From an uncultured Patescibacteria group bacterium (lineage in GTDB: Bacteria; Patescibacteriota; Microgenomatia; UBA10105; UBA927), in NCBI GenBank assembly GCA_937921305.1, contig CAKZSU010000003.1, positions 38,831-102,830 of the forward strand: a DNA stretch of 64,000 nt, in the 5' to 3' direction. The translations under genes and the position numbers were made by a program. Shown in pieces: positions 17,019 through 26,779 of the stretch (its first letter is position 1; each line of letters starts with the position of its first letter). The notes beneath the pieces are model-generated. The model was given only the letters and a program-made list of their open reading frames with translations. It searched no databases and was not told the origin of the DNA.

Positions 17019-19445
17019 ATGATCTACGCATCGTCTAACACGCCTGAGAAACGATGGAAGCAAGGATATGGTGTCATTCGTCACACTTCCGCAACAAAAC
17101 GGATGGTTAATGCGATGATCGCCGCGTTGAAAAAACAAAATCTTCTCGCGTCAAATGTCGATCCATATGAAATACTGCACGCGGCAGATCTCATCGCAAG
17201 CGCGGCGATGTGGCTTGTTGTTCATTCTACGTATGCGAAACGGGTATATCTTGATGGCAGAATGTTAAAACAAGAAGACTTTAAGGAAGAACCAGAAGGA
17301 CATATCGGCGGATCGTTAAATGTTGTGCCGGGGTATGTTGCGTATTTGGCGGTCAACGCGTTGTTGGGAAAAACAAAAGCATGGACAATGGAGCAAGGGC
17401 ACGCGGTGGCGGCGATAGACGCGGTGAATCTTCTTGTTGGCAACATGAAGCCGGCGCATAGCGAACGATATACCATTTCTGACGAAGGACTGACGCGATT
17501 TGTTCAAGATTTTTATTCATATCGACTTAATCAATACGGAAAACAAGATTCTCCTCGCGGAAGCCATGTTAATCATTTTACCGGCGGCGGATTTATTGAA
17601 GGTGGATATCTTGGCTTTGTTTCAGTTCAATATGTCCATATTCCGCTTCCCGATGAAGAACTTGTCGTCTTTTTAAGCGATGGCGCATGGGAAGAACAAC
17701 GAGGAGGCGACTGGGCGCCTCGTTTCTGGAGAGCGGAAGATTCAGGTCTTGTTTTGCCAATTATGATCTTTAATGGAAGACGGATTGATCAACGATCAAC
17801 GGTTGATCAAACAGGAGGACCGGAGTGGTTTGCAAAGTATCTGAAATTGCATCATTTCTATCCAATCATCTTCGATGGAAGAGATCCAGCCGCGTTTATT
17901 TGGGCGATGTTGGAAATGGAAACGCGGTTGCGACGATATATGAAAGCGATTGATGGGCCGCGGGAATATCCTATCCTTCTTCCCTACGGCGTTGCGGTTG
18001 CTCCAAAAGGCGCGGGATTTTATGGAGAAGGAACAAACGACGCGCATAATCTTCCGCTTGGCGGAAATCCGTATCGTGATGAACTAGCTCGCGAACGGTT
18101 TAATTATCACGCGCGCCGATTATGGGTGCCGATGTCTCAGTTGTTTCTTGCTATTACCATCTTTAATAATCATCAAGAACAAGGACGAATAAAAGAAAAA
18201 GATCATCCTATCTCGAATAGAACCGTGTCGCTTCGTCATCATCCAGAACCGTTTTGTTATCCAGTGTCGGATGATCGATTCAATCTTTCTTCGGCATCCA
18301 AGCATTCTCCGATGGAAGCGATTGATAAAGGATTTGTAAATATCTTGAAAGCAAATCCTCATCTTCGTCCTCGAGTGGGGAATCCGGATGAAATTCGATC
18401 CAATAAAATGCTTGAAACATTGGAGTATCTCAAATTCCGCGCGGAGTCTCCCGAGGGAGGAAATATTGAATCAACATCGGGAGGCGTTATTACTGTTTTG
18501 AATGAAGAAGCGATTGCTGGAGCTGCGTTTGGCAACAAAGGAGGCATCAATCTTATCGCAACGTACGAAGCGTTTGCCTCAAAAATTTTTGGTCAAGCAA
18601 GACAAGAAGTTATCTTTTCCCAACATCTTAAGGAAACAAACCAAGGACCGCAGTGGTTGTCTGTTCCTATTATTCTTTCTTCGCATGTGTGGGAAAACGG
18701 AAAAAATGAACAGTCTCACCAAGACCCATCTATGGCAGAATCTATGTTTGGCGAAATGTCGTTTGTTTCCCGCGTTGTGTTTCCGGCGGATTATAATACC
18801 GCGTCGATTGTGATACACGAAGTCTATAAAACATACGGGCAACTATGGACGATTGTTGCGTCAAAACGACCAACTTATGATCTTTTTTCAAGACAAGAAG
18901 CTGAAGAACTGATGAAGAATGGCGGTATCCGCGTTTCATGGAGCGAATACAAACCAGAACGCTCGTCTCTTCTCTTTATCGCGATTGGTTCATATCAACT
19001 CATTGAAGTTTTGAAAGCGTCGCGGCGATTGCGAGAAAAACAGATTCCGCATGCGATTGTGTATCTTCTTGAACCTGGAAGATTTCGCAATCCGAGAAGC
19101 CAAGAAGAAGAATCGTTTCTTGCCGGATCGTTGGTTCGAGATCATCTTATTCTATCTCACATTGAACATATAGAACTTGTAACCCATACGCGTCCGGAGC
19201 CTATCGCCGGCGCGTTAAGCGGATGGTTTGGGAAACGATCAATCGCTTATCATGGCTTTATCAATCATGGGGGAACATTAGACGCTGACGGACTTTTGTT
19301 TGTCAACAAATCGTCATGGGTACACCTGTTGCGGTCAGCGGCAACGTATCTTGAGATAAACGAATCAACACTTCTTTTTCAAGAGGAACAAGACGCGCTA
19401 GATCGCAAACGAAGCCCGGATGGCGTTATCCGAATGATCGAATAA
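17019..19445 (+). CDS. xfp: Phosphoketolase (XFP family, TPP-dependent)
   Basis: GHIGGS, QGH, EGGYLG, SDGAWEE...N TPP motif, NPDE, LNEE, TYEAF, SHQDP. Confidence 0.85.
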   Translation: MIYASSNTPEKRWKQGYGVIRHTSATKRMVNAMIAALKKQNLLASNVDPYEILHAADLIASAAMWLVVHSTYAKRVYLDGRMLKQEDFKEEPEGHIGGSLNVVPGYVAYLAVNALLGKTKAWTMEQGHAVAAIDAVNLLVGNMKPAHSERYTISDEGLTRFVQDFYSYRLNQYGKQDSPRGSHVNHFTGGGFIEGGYLGFVSVQYVHIPLPDEELVVFLSDGAWEEQRGGDWAPRFWRAEDSGLVLPIMIFNGRRIDQRSTVDQTGGPEWFAKYLKLHHFYPIIFDGRDPAAFIWAMLEMETRLRRYMKAIDGPREYPILLPYGVAVAPKGAGFYGEGTNDAHNLPLGGNPYRDELARERFNYHARRLWVPMSQLFLAITIFNNHQEQGRIKEKDHPISNRTVSLRHHPEPFCYPVSDDRFNLSSASKHSPMEAIDKGFVNILKANPHLRPRVGNPDEIRSNKMLETLEYLKFRAESPEGGNIESTSGGVITVLNEEAIAGAAFGNKGGINLIATYEAFASKIFGQARQEVIFSQHLKETNQGPQWLSVPIILSSHVWENGKNEQSHQDPSMAESMFGEMSFVSRVVFPADYNTASIVIHEVYKTYGQLWTIVASKRPTYDLFSRQEAEELMKNGGIRVSWSEYKPERSSLLFIAIGSYQLIEVLKASRRLREKQIPHAIVYLLEPGRFRNPRSQEEESFLAGSLVRDHLILSHIEHIELVTHTRPEPIAGALSGWFGKRSIAYHGFINHGGTLDADGLLFVNKSSWVHLLRSAATYLEINESTLLFQEEQDALDRKRSPDGVIRMIE

Positions 19446-19452
19446 CTGCCTC

Positions 19453-19638
19453 TTAATGATTGTGTGGAACATCTTCTTCTAAGAGTTCATAGCATTCAAC
19501 GAATTCATACATTTTTGTGAAAGGTTGATTTTTTTCCGTACAATCAATTGCTCCACATCGTGTGAGTCCATTGTTGTATTGTTCTTCTGATACCTTTGCG
19601 TGACAACTTCCTTTACATACATAGACTGGCGTATTCAT
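19453..19638 (-). CDS. Small Cys/His-rich putative metal-binding protein
   Basis: SD AAGGAGG; CxxxC...CxxxxC...C and terminal HNH; 61 aa. Confidence 0.65.
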   Translation of the reverse strand: MNTPVYVCKGSCHAKVSEEQYNNGLTRCGAIDCTEKNQPFTKMYEFVECYELLEEDVPHNH

Positions 19639-19662
19639 ATGATGTTCCTCCTTTTGTTTTTT

Positions 19663-21663
19663 TTATTGTATCGTATCCAGCGACTGGATCATATCTCGTA
19701 TTCTCGCGGCGAGTTCGAAATTGAGATTTTTCGCCGCTTCTTTCATCGCTCGTTGCAATTGTTTTTTATATGCGGCCCGATCTTGCGGCGTCATGCCTTC
19801 AAACGCTTTATCTCGAACTTCAAGCAACGAATTGATTCTCTGGTCTTGCTTTTCTGTCCGTTCTATCAATTTTTCTCGTATAGGTTTTTGAATCGTTTGT
19901 GGAGTAATGTTGTGTTTTTGATTGTACGCCATTTGATAGGATCTTCTTCGCTTCACTTCTTCAATCGCCGCTTGCATGGAATCGGTAATGGTGTCCGCGT
20001 ATAAAATAACTTTTCCTTCGTTGTGTCTTGCTGCTCTTCCCATGATTTGAATTAAACTTGTTCGACTTCGTAAAAATCCTTCTTTGTCTGCATCTAAAAT
20101 TGCAACAAGGGAAACCTCAGGGAGATCAAGTCCTTCTCGTAAAAGATTAATGCCCACGATCACATCGTATGTTCCTGTCCGAAAATCTGAAAGAATTTCG
20201 GTTCGATCGAGTGTATCTACATCTGAATGGAGGTATTGGACGCGTATTCCCTGCTCAGTGATAAACTTTGCAAGGTCCTCTGCCATTCGTTTTGTTAAGG
20301 TTAACACAAGAACGCGTTGTTTTTTTTCAATTCGAATTTTGATTTCATTTAAAAGATCGGTAATTTGTCCATCGGTTGGACGAACATCTACTTCCGGATC
20401 CAATAGTCCTGTCGGGCGAATGAGTTGTTCCACAATGTGCGGTTTCGATCGTTCTATTTCCCAATCATCCGGCGTTGCGGAGACATAAATCGTTTTTGGC
20501 ATCCGTCGAAGAAATTCATCAAACCGCAATGGACGGTTATCAAGCGCCGATGGAAGACGAAAACCAAAGTCAATAAGCGTTTGTTTTCTCGCTCGATCCC
20601 CGTTGTACATGCCTCGAATTTGCGGAATCGTAATATGCGATTCATCGATGACAAGGAGCCAATCATCGCCACCACATGCTTCTTGAAAATAATCAAATAA
20701 GCTGTACGGGGGGTCGCCGGGCTTTCTGCCGTCAAAATATCGCGAATAATTTTCAATGCCGTTCACATAGCCCATTTCTCGAATCATCTCAATGTCATGC
20801 TCTACCCGTTGTTTAATGCGATACGCTTCAATCGTTTTTCCTTGCGACTTGAAATACGCGACTTGTTGATCAAGATCGCGAAGAATTTCCTTAAATACTT
20901 CTTCATGTTTTGTTGGATCAGTCATATAGTGTTTTGCCGGATAAACAATGGTTCCGTTAAGCTCTTCCATGTGAGCGCCGGTAGCAGGATCAATTCGATA
21001 TAGCCGTTCTACTTTATTGGTTGTCACAATAATGCGAATCGATGTATCTTCATATGCTGGAAAAATATCAATCACATCGCCTCGCACGCGAAATGTCCCT
21101 CGATGAAATCCGTAATCAGACCGTTCGTATTGCAGTTGCACTAACCGATCAAAGATGGCGTCTCGTGAAACCGGCATGCCGGGCTTTAATTCAAGAACAA
21201 AATGACCATACTCCTTCGGCGATCCAATGTTGTAGATACACGACACAGAGGCAACGATAATCGTGTCTTTTCGGGTTAGAAGATTCGTTGTTGCGGCAAG
21301 ACGAAGTTTATCAATATCTTCATTAATTTCAGTTTCTTTTTCTATGTAGGTGTCGGTTTGTGGAACATACGCTTCCGGCTGATAGTAATCGTAGTACGAA
21401 ACAAAATAGGAAACTGCGTTATCAGGAAAAAAGTCTCGAAATTCTTGATACAGCTGCGCGGCAAGCGTTTTGTTGTGAGAGATAATTAACGTTGGTTTTT
21501 GGATTCGTTCAATCACATTTGCAAGGGTATATGTCTTCCCTGATCCGGTCACGCCAAGTAAAATTTGTTCTTTTACGCCTTTTTGAAGATTTTCTGTCAA
21601 TTTTTGAATCGCTTCTGGTTGATCTCCTGATGGTGTGTATGATGATTTGATATGAAATGACAT
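19663..21663 (-). CDS. uvrB: Excinuclease ABC subunit B
   Basis: GDQPEAI, GVTGSGKT, YYDYYQPEAY, DESH, C-terminal UVR domain. Confidence 0.98.
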   Translation of the reverse strand: MSFHIKSSYTPSGDQPEAIQKLTENLQKGVKEQILLGVTGSGKTYTLANVIERIQKPTLIISHNKTLAAQLYQEFRDFFPDNAVSYFVSYYDYYQPEAYVPQTDTYIEKETEINEDIDKLRLAATTNLLTRKDTIIVASVSCIYNIGSPKEYGHFVLELKPGMPVSRDAIFDRLVQLQYERSDYGFHRGTFRVRGDVIDIFPAYEDTSIRIIVTTNKVERLYRIDPATGAHMEELNGTIVYPAKHYMTDPTKHEEVFKEILRDLDQQVAYFKSQGKTIEAYRIKQRVEHDIEMIREMGYVNGIENYSRYFDGRKPGDPPYSLFDYFQEACGGDDWLLVIDESHITIPQIRGMYNGDRARKQTLIDFGFRLPSALDNRPLRFDEFLRRMPKTIYVSATPDDWEIERSKPHIVEQLIRPTGLLDPEVDVRPTDGQITDLLNEIKIRIEKKQRVLVLTLTKRMAEDLAKFITEQGIRVQYLHSDVDTLDRTEILSDFRTGTYDVIVGINLLREGLDLPEVSLVAILDADKEGFLRSRTSLIQIMGRAARHNEGKVILYADTITDSMQAAIEEVKRRRSYQMAYNQKHNITPQTIQKPIREKLIERTEKQDQRINSLLEVRDKAFEGMTPQDRAAYKKQLQRAMKEAAKNLNFELAARIRDMIQSLDTIQ

Positions 21664-21760
21664 AGATCTATCTACTTGAGTTTTCGGTAAAAATATCCGT
21701 ATATATATGTTAGGGTATATTTCAAAATACTATTATTTATAATCTATTTTGTTTATTTTT

Positions 21761-22387
21761 ATGCCACCAATTCTCTATGATAAAGAACGCATGATTCTTG
21801 ATTATATCATGCAATTTATTGATAGATACGGATTCGCGCCGACACTTCGCGAAATTGGGGATGCGTGTGGTATGAGTTCTGCGGCGACTGTTCATGAACA
21901 TATTGAACGACTCCGACAAAAGGGGTTAATAAAAAAATTAGACGGCGCGTCTCGCGGATTGGAGGTTGTGCGTGAGAATTATCGCAACGATACAAACGCC
22001 TCCGCTCCACAACTCCCAATCATGGGATTCATTGCCGCTGGAAAACCATTGGAGCCGTACACTGATCCCAATGAATATCTTGCTGTTCCTCCTGGCATGA
22101 TTCCGCCAAACAAAACAGGATATATTTTGAAAGTCAAAGGAACATCGATGATCGAAGATGGGATTTTGGACGGCGATTATGTGGTTATTCAATATCAGGA
22201 GGATGCAAAAGATGGTGATATTGTCGTCGCGCTTCTTCCCAATGGACTTGCGACATTGAAGCGGATCTACTTTGAAAAAGATCGTATTCGTTTGATGCCG
22301 TCGAATAGCGAAATGTCTCCGATTTATGTGACACAAGTTAAAATTCAAGGTGTATGCGTCGGGCTTCTTCGCAGATATTCGCACTAA
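21761..22387 (+). CDS. lexA: SOS repressor LexA
   Basis: PTLREIG wHTH; IAAG cleavage site; GTSM (Ser) and ATLKR (Lys). Confidence 0.95.
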   Translation: MPPILYDKERMILDYIMQFIDRYGFAPTLREIGDACGMSSAATVHEHIERLRQKGLIKKLDGASRGLEVVRENYRNDTNASAPQLPIMGFIAAGKPLEPYTDPNEYLAVPPGMIPPNKTGYILKVKGTSMIEDGILDGDYVVIQYQEDAKDGDIVVALLPNGLATLKRIYFEKDRIRLMPSNSEMSPIYVTQVKIQGVCVGLLRRYSH

Positions 22388-22409
22388 TAGATCGTGATAC
22401 AATGGTTTC

Positions 22410-23099
22410 ATGAGCGGTATCTTGTATCTTGTCTCGACGCCGATCGGCAATATTGACGATATATCTCTTCGAGCAATCAAGACACTTTGGTCTGTAGATG
22501 CTATCCTTTGCGAGGATACAAGAAGAACAGGCATGTTATTAAAAGAGCTTCACGAGCGGTATCCGAGCTTCGCTCCTAATCAAGATCACCGGTTTATCCC
22601 TTTTTACGATCAAATTGAAGAACAGAAACTTCCTGAAATTATCGAACAGCTTGAAGAAGGCAAACATATCGCGCTTGTGTCAGACAGTGGAACACCGCTT
22701 ATCAATGACCCGGGATTTCGTCTTGTAAACGAAGCAAGAAAACGATCGATTCAGGTGACCGCGATTCCTGGGCCAACGGCGGCAATCACCGCGCTTATTC
22801 TTTCTGGATTACCATGTCATACATTCACTTATCTCGGATTTCTTCCTGAATCATCATCCGCCCGAATCAAACGATTGCAAACATATGTGCACATTTCTTC
22901 TACATACATTCTCTATTGCGCTCCTCATAAAATCCGTCAAACGCTTCTTGATATACAACAAGTTCTTGGAGATATCGATATTGTCATTGCTCGAGAGTTG
23001 ACAAAATGTCATGAAGAAGTGCTTCAAGGAACAATTTCTTCATTTCTTGAGAGAGAGTTTAAGGGAGAGTTGGTGATTTTGTTCTCTTTGCGTCATTGA
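22410..23099 (+). CDS. rsmI: 16S rRNA (cytidine1402-2'-O)-methyltransferase
   Basis: LYLVSTPIGNIDDIS, CEDTR, VSDSGTPLINDPG, ARELTK. Confidence 0.95.
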   Translation: MSGILYLVSTPIGNIDDISLRAIKTLWSVDAILCEDTRRTGMLLKELHERYPSFAPNQDHRFIPFYDQIEEQKLPEIIEQLEEGKHIALVSDSGTPLINDPGFRLVNEARKRSIQVTAIPGPTAAITALILSGLPCHTFTYLGFLPESSSARIKRLQTYVHISSTYILYCAPHKIRQTLLDIQQVLGDIDIVIARELTKCHEEVLQGTISSFLEREFKGELVILFSLRH

Positions 23100-23130
23100 A
23101 TAATTCATACTTCGATGAAACAATAAAGCT

Positions 23131-24576
23131 ATGACATTCTCCCAAAGAATAAAAAAATTTTTTATTGCTGAACGATACGCTCTATTGCTTGTGTTTTTAC
23201 TCTTGCTTCACCTCCTTTTGAGAATTCCAACGTTTCTCGAACCAGCGCACAAAGATGATCCAAACTTTTTTATAACAGTAGGGAGATCAATGCTTCAAGG
23301 AAAAACTCTTTTTAGAGACATTGATGATATTGCTATTGCTCGTCCCGGACTTGCGTATATTATCGCTGGCATTGCAGGAAATCACGAGATTTTCCAATAT
23401 GCGACATTTGCGTTTAATATCATTTCGATACTCTTATTTTGGAGCATTACTCAAACTCTTTTACCGTCATTCATTATCTCTTTTGTGATTACATCGGGAT
23501 TTGTCATTTTTACTTCAACACCATTTTTAGAAGGAAACCATTCTATGAATGAATTATATTATCTTCCATTTGGATTAATGTCTTTATTATTTCTCTTTTA
23601 CGCCATTCAAAAACAATCTCGATTGTTCATGTATCAATTTCTGATTGGGTATTTTCTTGGTATTGGATTCTTGATAAAGATAACGGCAATATTTTATGCG
23701 ATCGCTATAGGAATAATTACTAGCATTCTTTTAAACAAAGAAAAATACTCTTTCTTCTTCATAATTCGTGCCATTTTTTATCAAATACTAGGATTTGTTA
23801 TTTCAGTTTTTATATTTTTCTTATCAGCGGTAGTTGAAGGAGCGAATCTTTCCAATATTGCTGAGTTAACTCGCATAACATTATCACTAAGCAATAATAA
23901 TATCCATATTCCCTTTTTCACATCATTCCTATTTAAGTTTTCTTCTGCTCTATTCCTTTCAGGAATTATTTATGCATTTCGAGATAAGCTGTCAAATAAT
24001 CTTATTATGTTAATTCTCTGGACTGCGTGGGCTATCTCAGGATCATATGTCATGAATATTATTGGTCTTCACTATACATTAATCGCTGTTCCTGGATTGC
24101 TTCTCACTGTGGGATACATATTATCTTCAAACAAACGAGAAGAGTGGATATTTGCATTTCTTCCAATAATATTTTTTATATTTGGTCATTTTGTTTATTC
24201 TGTCCGATATCCAAGTAATACGATAGACTATTATATTCGGGCGTATGATTATTTAACAGGAAAACTTTCCAAAGAAGAATATTACAGGACATTTTCTCCA
24301 TTTGTGTTAAGAAATTACGCGATTTCTGAAACATTGAAGCGCCTCGCTGAACCGAAGGAAGAAGTCCTTGTGTGGGGAATTTATGGTGAAATATACAATT
24401 TAAGCGAGACTCTTCCTGTTATTAAATATGTATGGCATGAGCACGTAGAAATGTTTGATTATTATGATGAAATGATTGCTGAGTTAGAAAAGAAACGAAC
24501 GCGATTTATTGTTATTACAAGAGAATATCCACAAGAAAAGGAACAGATGCTTTTTGATTATATGAATCATGTATAA
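23131..24576 (+). CDS. GT-C (ArnT/PMT-like) polytopic membrane glycosyltransferase, possible C-terminal frameshift
   Basis: About 11-12 TM segments; acidic DD in first loop; GKTLFRDIDD, NELY; AT-rich. Confidence 0.7.
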   Translation: MTFSQRIKKFFIAERYALLLVFLLLLHLLLRIPTFLEPAHKDDPNFFITVGRSMLQGKTLFRDIDDIAIARPGLAYIIAGIAGNHEIFQYATFAFNIISILLFWSITQTLLPSFIISFVITSGFVIFTSTPFLEGNHSMNELYYLPFGLMSLLFLFYAIQKQSRLFMYQFLIGYFLGIGFLIKITAIFYAIAIGIITSILLNKEKYSFFFIIRAIFYQILGFVISVFIFFLSAVVEGANLSNIAELTRITLSLSNNNIHIPFFTSFLFKFSSALFLSGIIYAFRDKLSNNLIMLILWTAWAISGSYVMNIIGLHYTLIAVPGLLLTVGYILSSNKREEWIFAFLPIIFFIFGHFVYSVRYPSNTIDYYIRAYDYLTGKLSKEEYYRTFSPFVLRNYAISETLKRLAEPKEEVLVWGIYGEIYNLSETLPVIKYVWHEHVEMFDYYDEMIAELEKKRTRFIVITREYPQEKEQMLFDYMNHV

Positions 24577-24664
24577 TCGCATTTTATGCGAATGAAGAAG
24601 AAAAAGAAGAAGAATCAGCAGCGTTATATATTAGAAAAGACAGAATCCATGAATTATGACAAAG

Positions 24665-26779
24665 TCATGTTATTGATTCTAAAACAATCCTTGCATCTAA
24701 TATAACACCTCCTTTTCCATCTTCTCTTAATAAAAATGGATTGATATCGATCGATTCTATTGCTGGAATTTGAAGTGCGAGATAAGAAAGTTTAATGATG
24801 ATATCTCGTAAAACATTCAGATCTTTCTTTCGACTTCCTCGAAATCCGTATAATAATGGTTTTATTCTAAGTGATTCAATCATTTCATCAATATCCTGAT
24901 CGGTTAATGGAATAAATCGAAACACGACATCCCGTAACAATTCAACATATATTCCCCCAGCTCCAAGCATCATCATTGTTCCAAGATGTTGCTCTCGTTG
25001 TATCCCGAGGATTAATTCTTCTCCTTCATCTTCAATCATTTCACTAATCAGGATGCCATGCGTTTTTGCGTTTGGTGCGTTGAAGCGAGCCGCTTCGAGG
25101 ATCTCTTCAAATACCCTACCGACATCTTCTTGATGAACATTCAATCGAACACCGCCAAAGTCTGTTTTATGCGAAATATCCGGAGACACAATTTTCATCG
25201 CGACTCTTCCATGAAACATCTTCGCGATCGCCTCAGCTTCCTCTCGGGATTGCGCAAGTTTGCTTGTTACCATGGGAAATCCGCATTGTTGAAGGATCGA
25301 CCATGTCGTTTCAAGATTCACAAGATGAACGCGATGGTCCTGAAGTGAAGCAATGAGAGAAAAAACATCGTTTGGAATATCTATTGAAGGAAGATGATGC
25401 GATCCATAGGTTTTTTTTGTTATCTCGTAAAAATGAACAGCGTGTCCTACAGCTTGAATCGCGTCTTCTGGAAACTGCGCGTGTGGAACATCATGCGCGG
25501 CAAGGATATCGATTCCAGGTTTTACCAACGGTTCACCAATAAAACTCGCTGCAATAAGTTTATTTGTGGATTCTTTCACACGGACAATCGCTTCCGCGGT
25601 TTGTGGAATATCTGTCATGCTTTGCGGCGTCACGATTGTAACAACGCTTTCTACTGCGTCGTCTTTAACAATCGCTTGCAACGTCTGTTCATATCGATCG
25701 GACATAGCGTCCCCAAGAATATCTGTGGGATTTTCAATGTGCGCTCCTTTTGGAAGAATTGTTTGCAATGACTCTTGCGTTTTTTCTCCGAGATTCGCGA
25801 GTGTTAATCCTATCCGATCAGCTTCGTCTGTCGCGATAATGCCGGGTCCGCCGGCATTCGTGACTATTGCGATATTTCTACTTTTTGGCAGTCTTCCTGT
25901 TGCAAAAACAGCAGCGGCAGAAAGCATTTCATTCATCGTTTTTACACGGATAATTCCGGCTTGTTCTACAAGGGCTTGATATGCGACATCAGATCCAGCA
26001 AGCGATCCAGTGTGAGACGATGACGCGCGTTGACCAGCGGAAGTAACCCCAGCTTTTAAGAGAATAATCGGTTTTGGATGTTCGGATGCATTGTTTGTTC
26101 GCACAAGATGAATTAGTCTTTTCGCGTCTGTAAGTGATTCTGCATATAATAAAATTACTTTGGTAAATGGATCGGAGAAAAGGTATGGAAGCAATTCGTG
26201 TTCGCCGATCATCGCTTTATTTCCCACGCTGATCACTTTTGAAAAACCTAATTCTCGCTTTGTCGCAATATCTAATAGCGAACTGATGAGCGCGCCGCTC
26301 TGAGAAACAAACGCAAGAGTGCCAGCGCGAGGTATGACGGTTTCAAACGACGCGTTTAATCCACTATGCGGATTTACCACGCCAAGACAGTTTGGTCCAA
26401 CAAGGGATATGTGATATTTTGTGCAGATGTTCACGATTTCTTGTTCACGATATTTTCCTTCTGTTCCCGTTTCTTTGAATCCAGCGGATACAATAATGAT
26501 TGATCGAACGCCGATGGTTGCCAGCAAACGGACTTGTTCCACAACGAATGGCGAAGGAATAGCGATAATCGCGAGCTCTGGGATTTCTGGCAACTCACGA
26601 ACATCATGGAAGATTTTTTTTTCCAATAAAGTATCGGCTCGAGGATTGACGCCAAATATATTTCCCGTGTATGAAGAAGTGACGAGATTTTTAAATATAC
26701 TAAATCCAACACTCCGTTCATCTCTCGACGCCCCGATGAGCGCGACGCTTTTTGGTGAAAATATCGAGTCAATATTCAT
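24665..26779 (-). CDS. ADP-forming acetate--CoA ligase (fused alpha/beta)
   Basis: PKSVALIGAS, GPNCLG, SQSGA, SHTGSLAG (phospho-His), HKTDFGGV ATP-grasp, DINP. Confidence 0.92.
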   Translation of the reverse strand: MNIDSIFSPKSVALIGASRDERSVGFSIFKNLVTSSYTGNIFGVNPRADTLLEKKIFHDVRELPEIPELAIIAIPSPFVVEQVRLLATIGVRSIIIVSAGFKETGTEGKYREQEIVNICTKYHISLVGPNCLGVVNPHSGLNASFETVIPRAGTLAFVSQSGALISSLLDIATKRELGFSKVISVGNKAMIGEHELLPYLFSDPFTKVILLYAESLTDAKRLIHLVRTNNASEHPKPIILLKAGVTSAGQRASSSHTGSLAGSDVAYQALVEQAGIIRVKTMNEMLSAAAVFATGRLPKSRNIAIVTNAGGPGIIATDEADRIGLTLANLGEKTQESLQTILPKGAHIENPTDILGDAMSDRYEQTLQAIVKDDAVESVVTIVTPQSMTDIPQTAEAIVRVKESTNKLIAASFIGEPLVKPGIDILAAHDVPHAQFPEDAIQAVGHAVHFYEITKKTYGSHHLPSIDIPNDVFSLIASLQDHRVHLVNLETTWSILQQCGFPMVTSKLAQSREEAEAIAKMFHGRVAMKIVSPDISHKTDFGGVRLNVHQEDVGRVFEEILEAARFNAPNAKTHGILISEMIEDEGEELILGIQREQHLGTMMMLGAGGIYVELLRDVVFRFIPLTDQDIDEMIESLRIKPLLYGFRGSRKKDLNVLRDIIIKLSYLALQIPAIESIDINPFLLREDGKGGVILDARIVLESIT

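Noticed and set aside
21938-22534. 198-aa minus-strand ORF
   Set aside because: Antisense to lexA and rsmI; no recognisable motifs.
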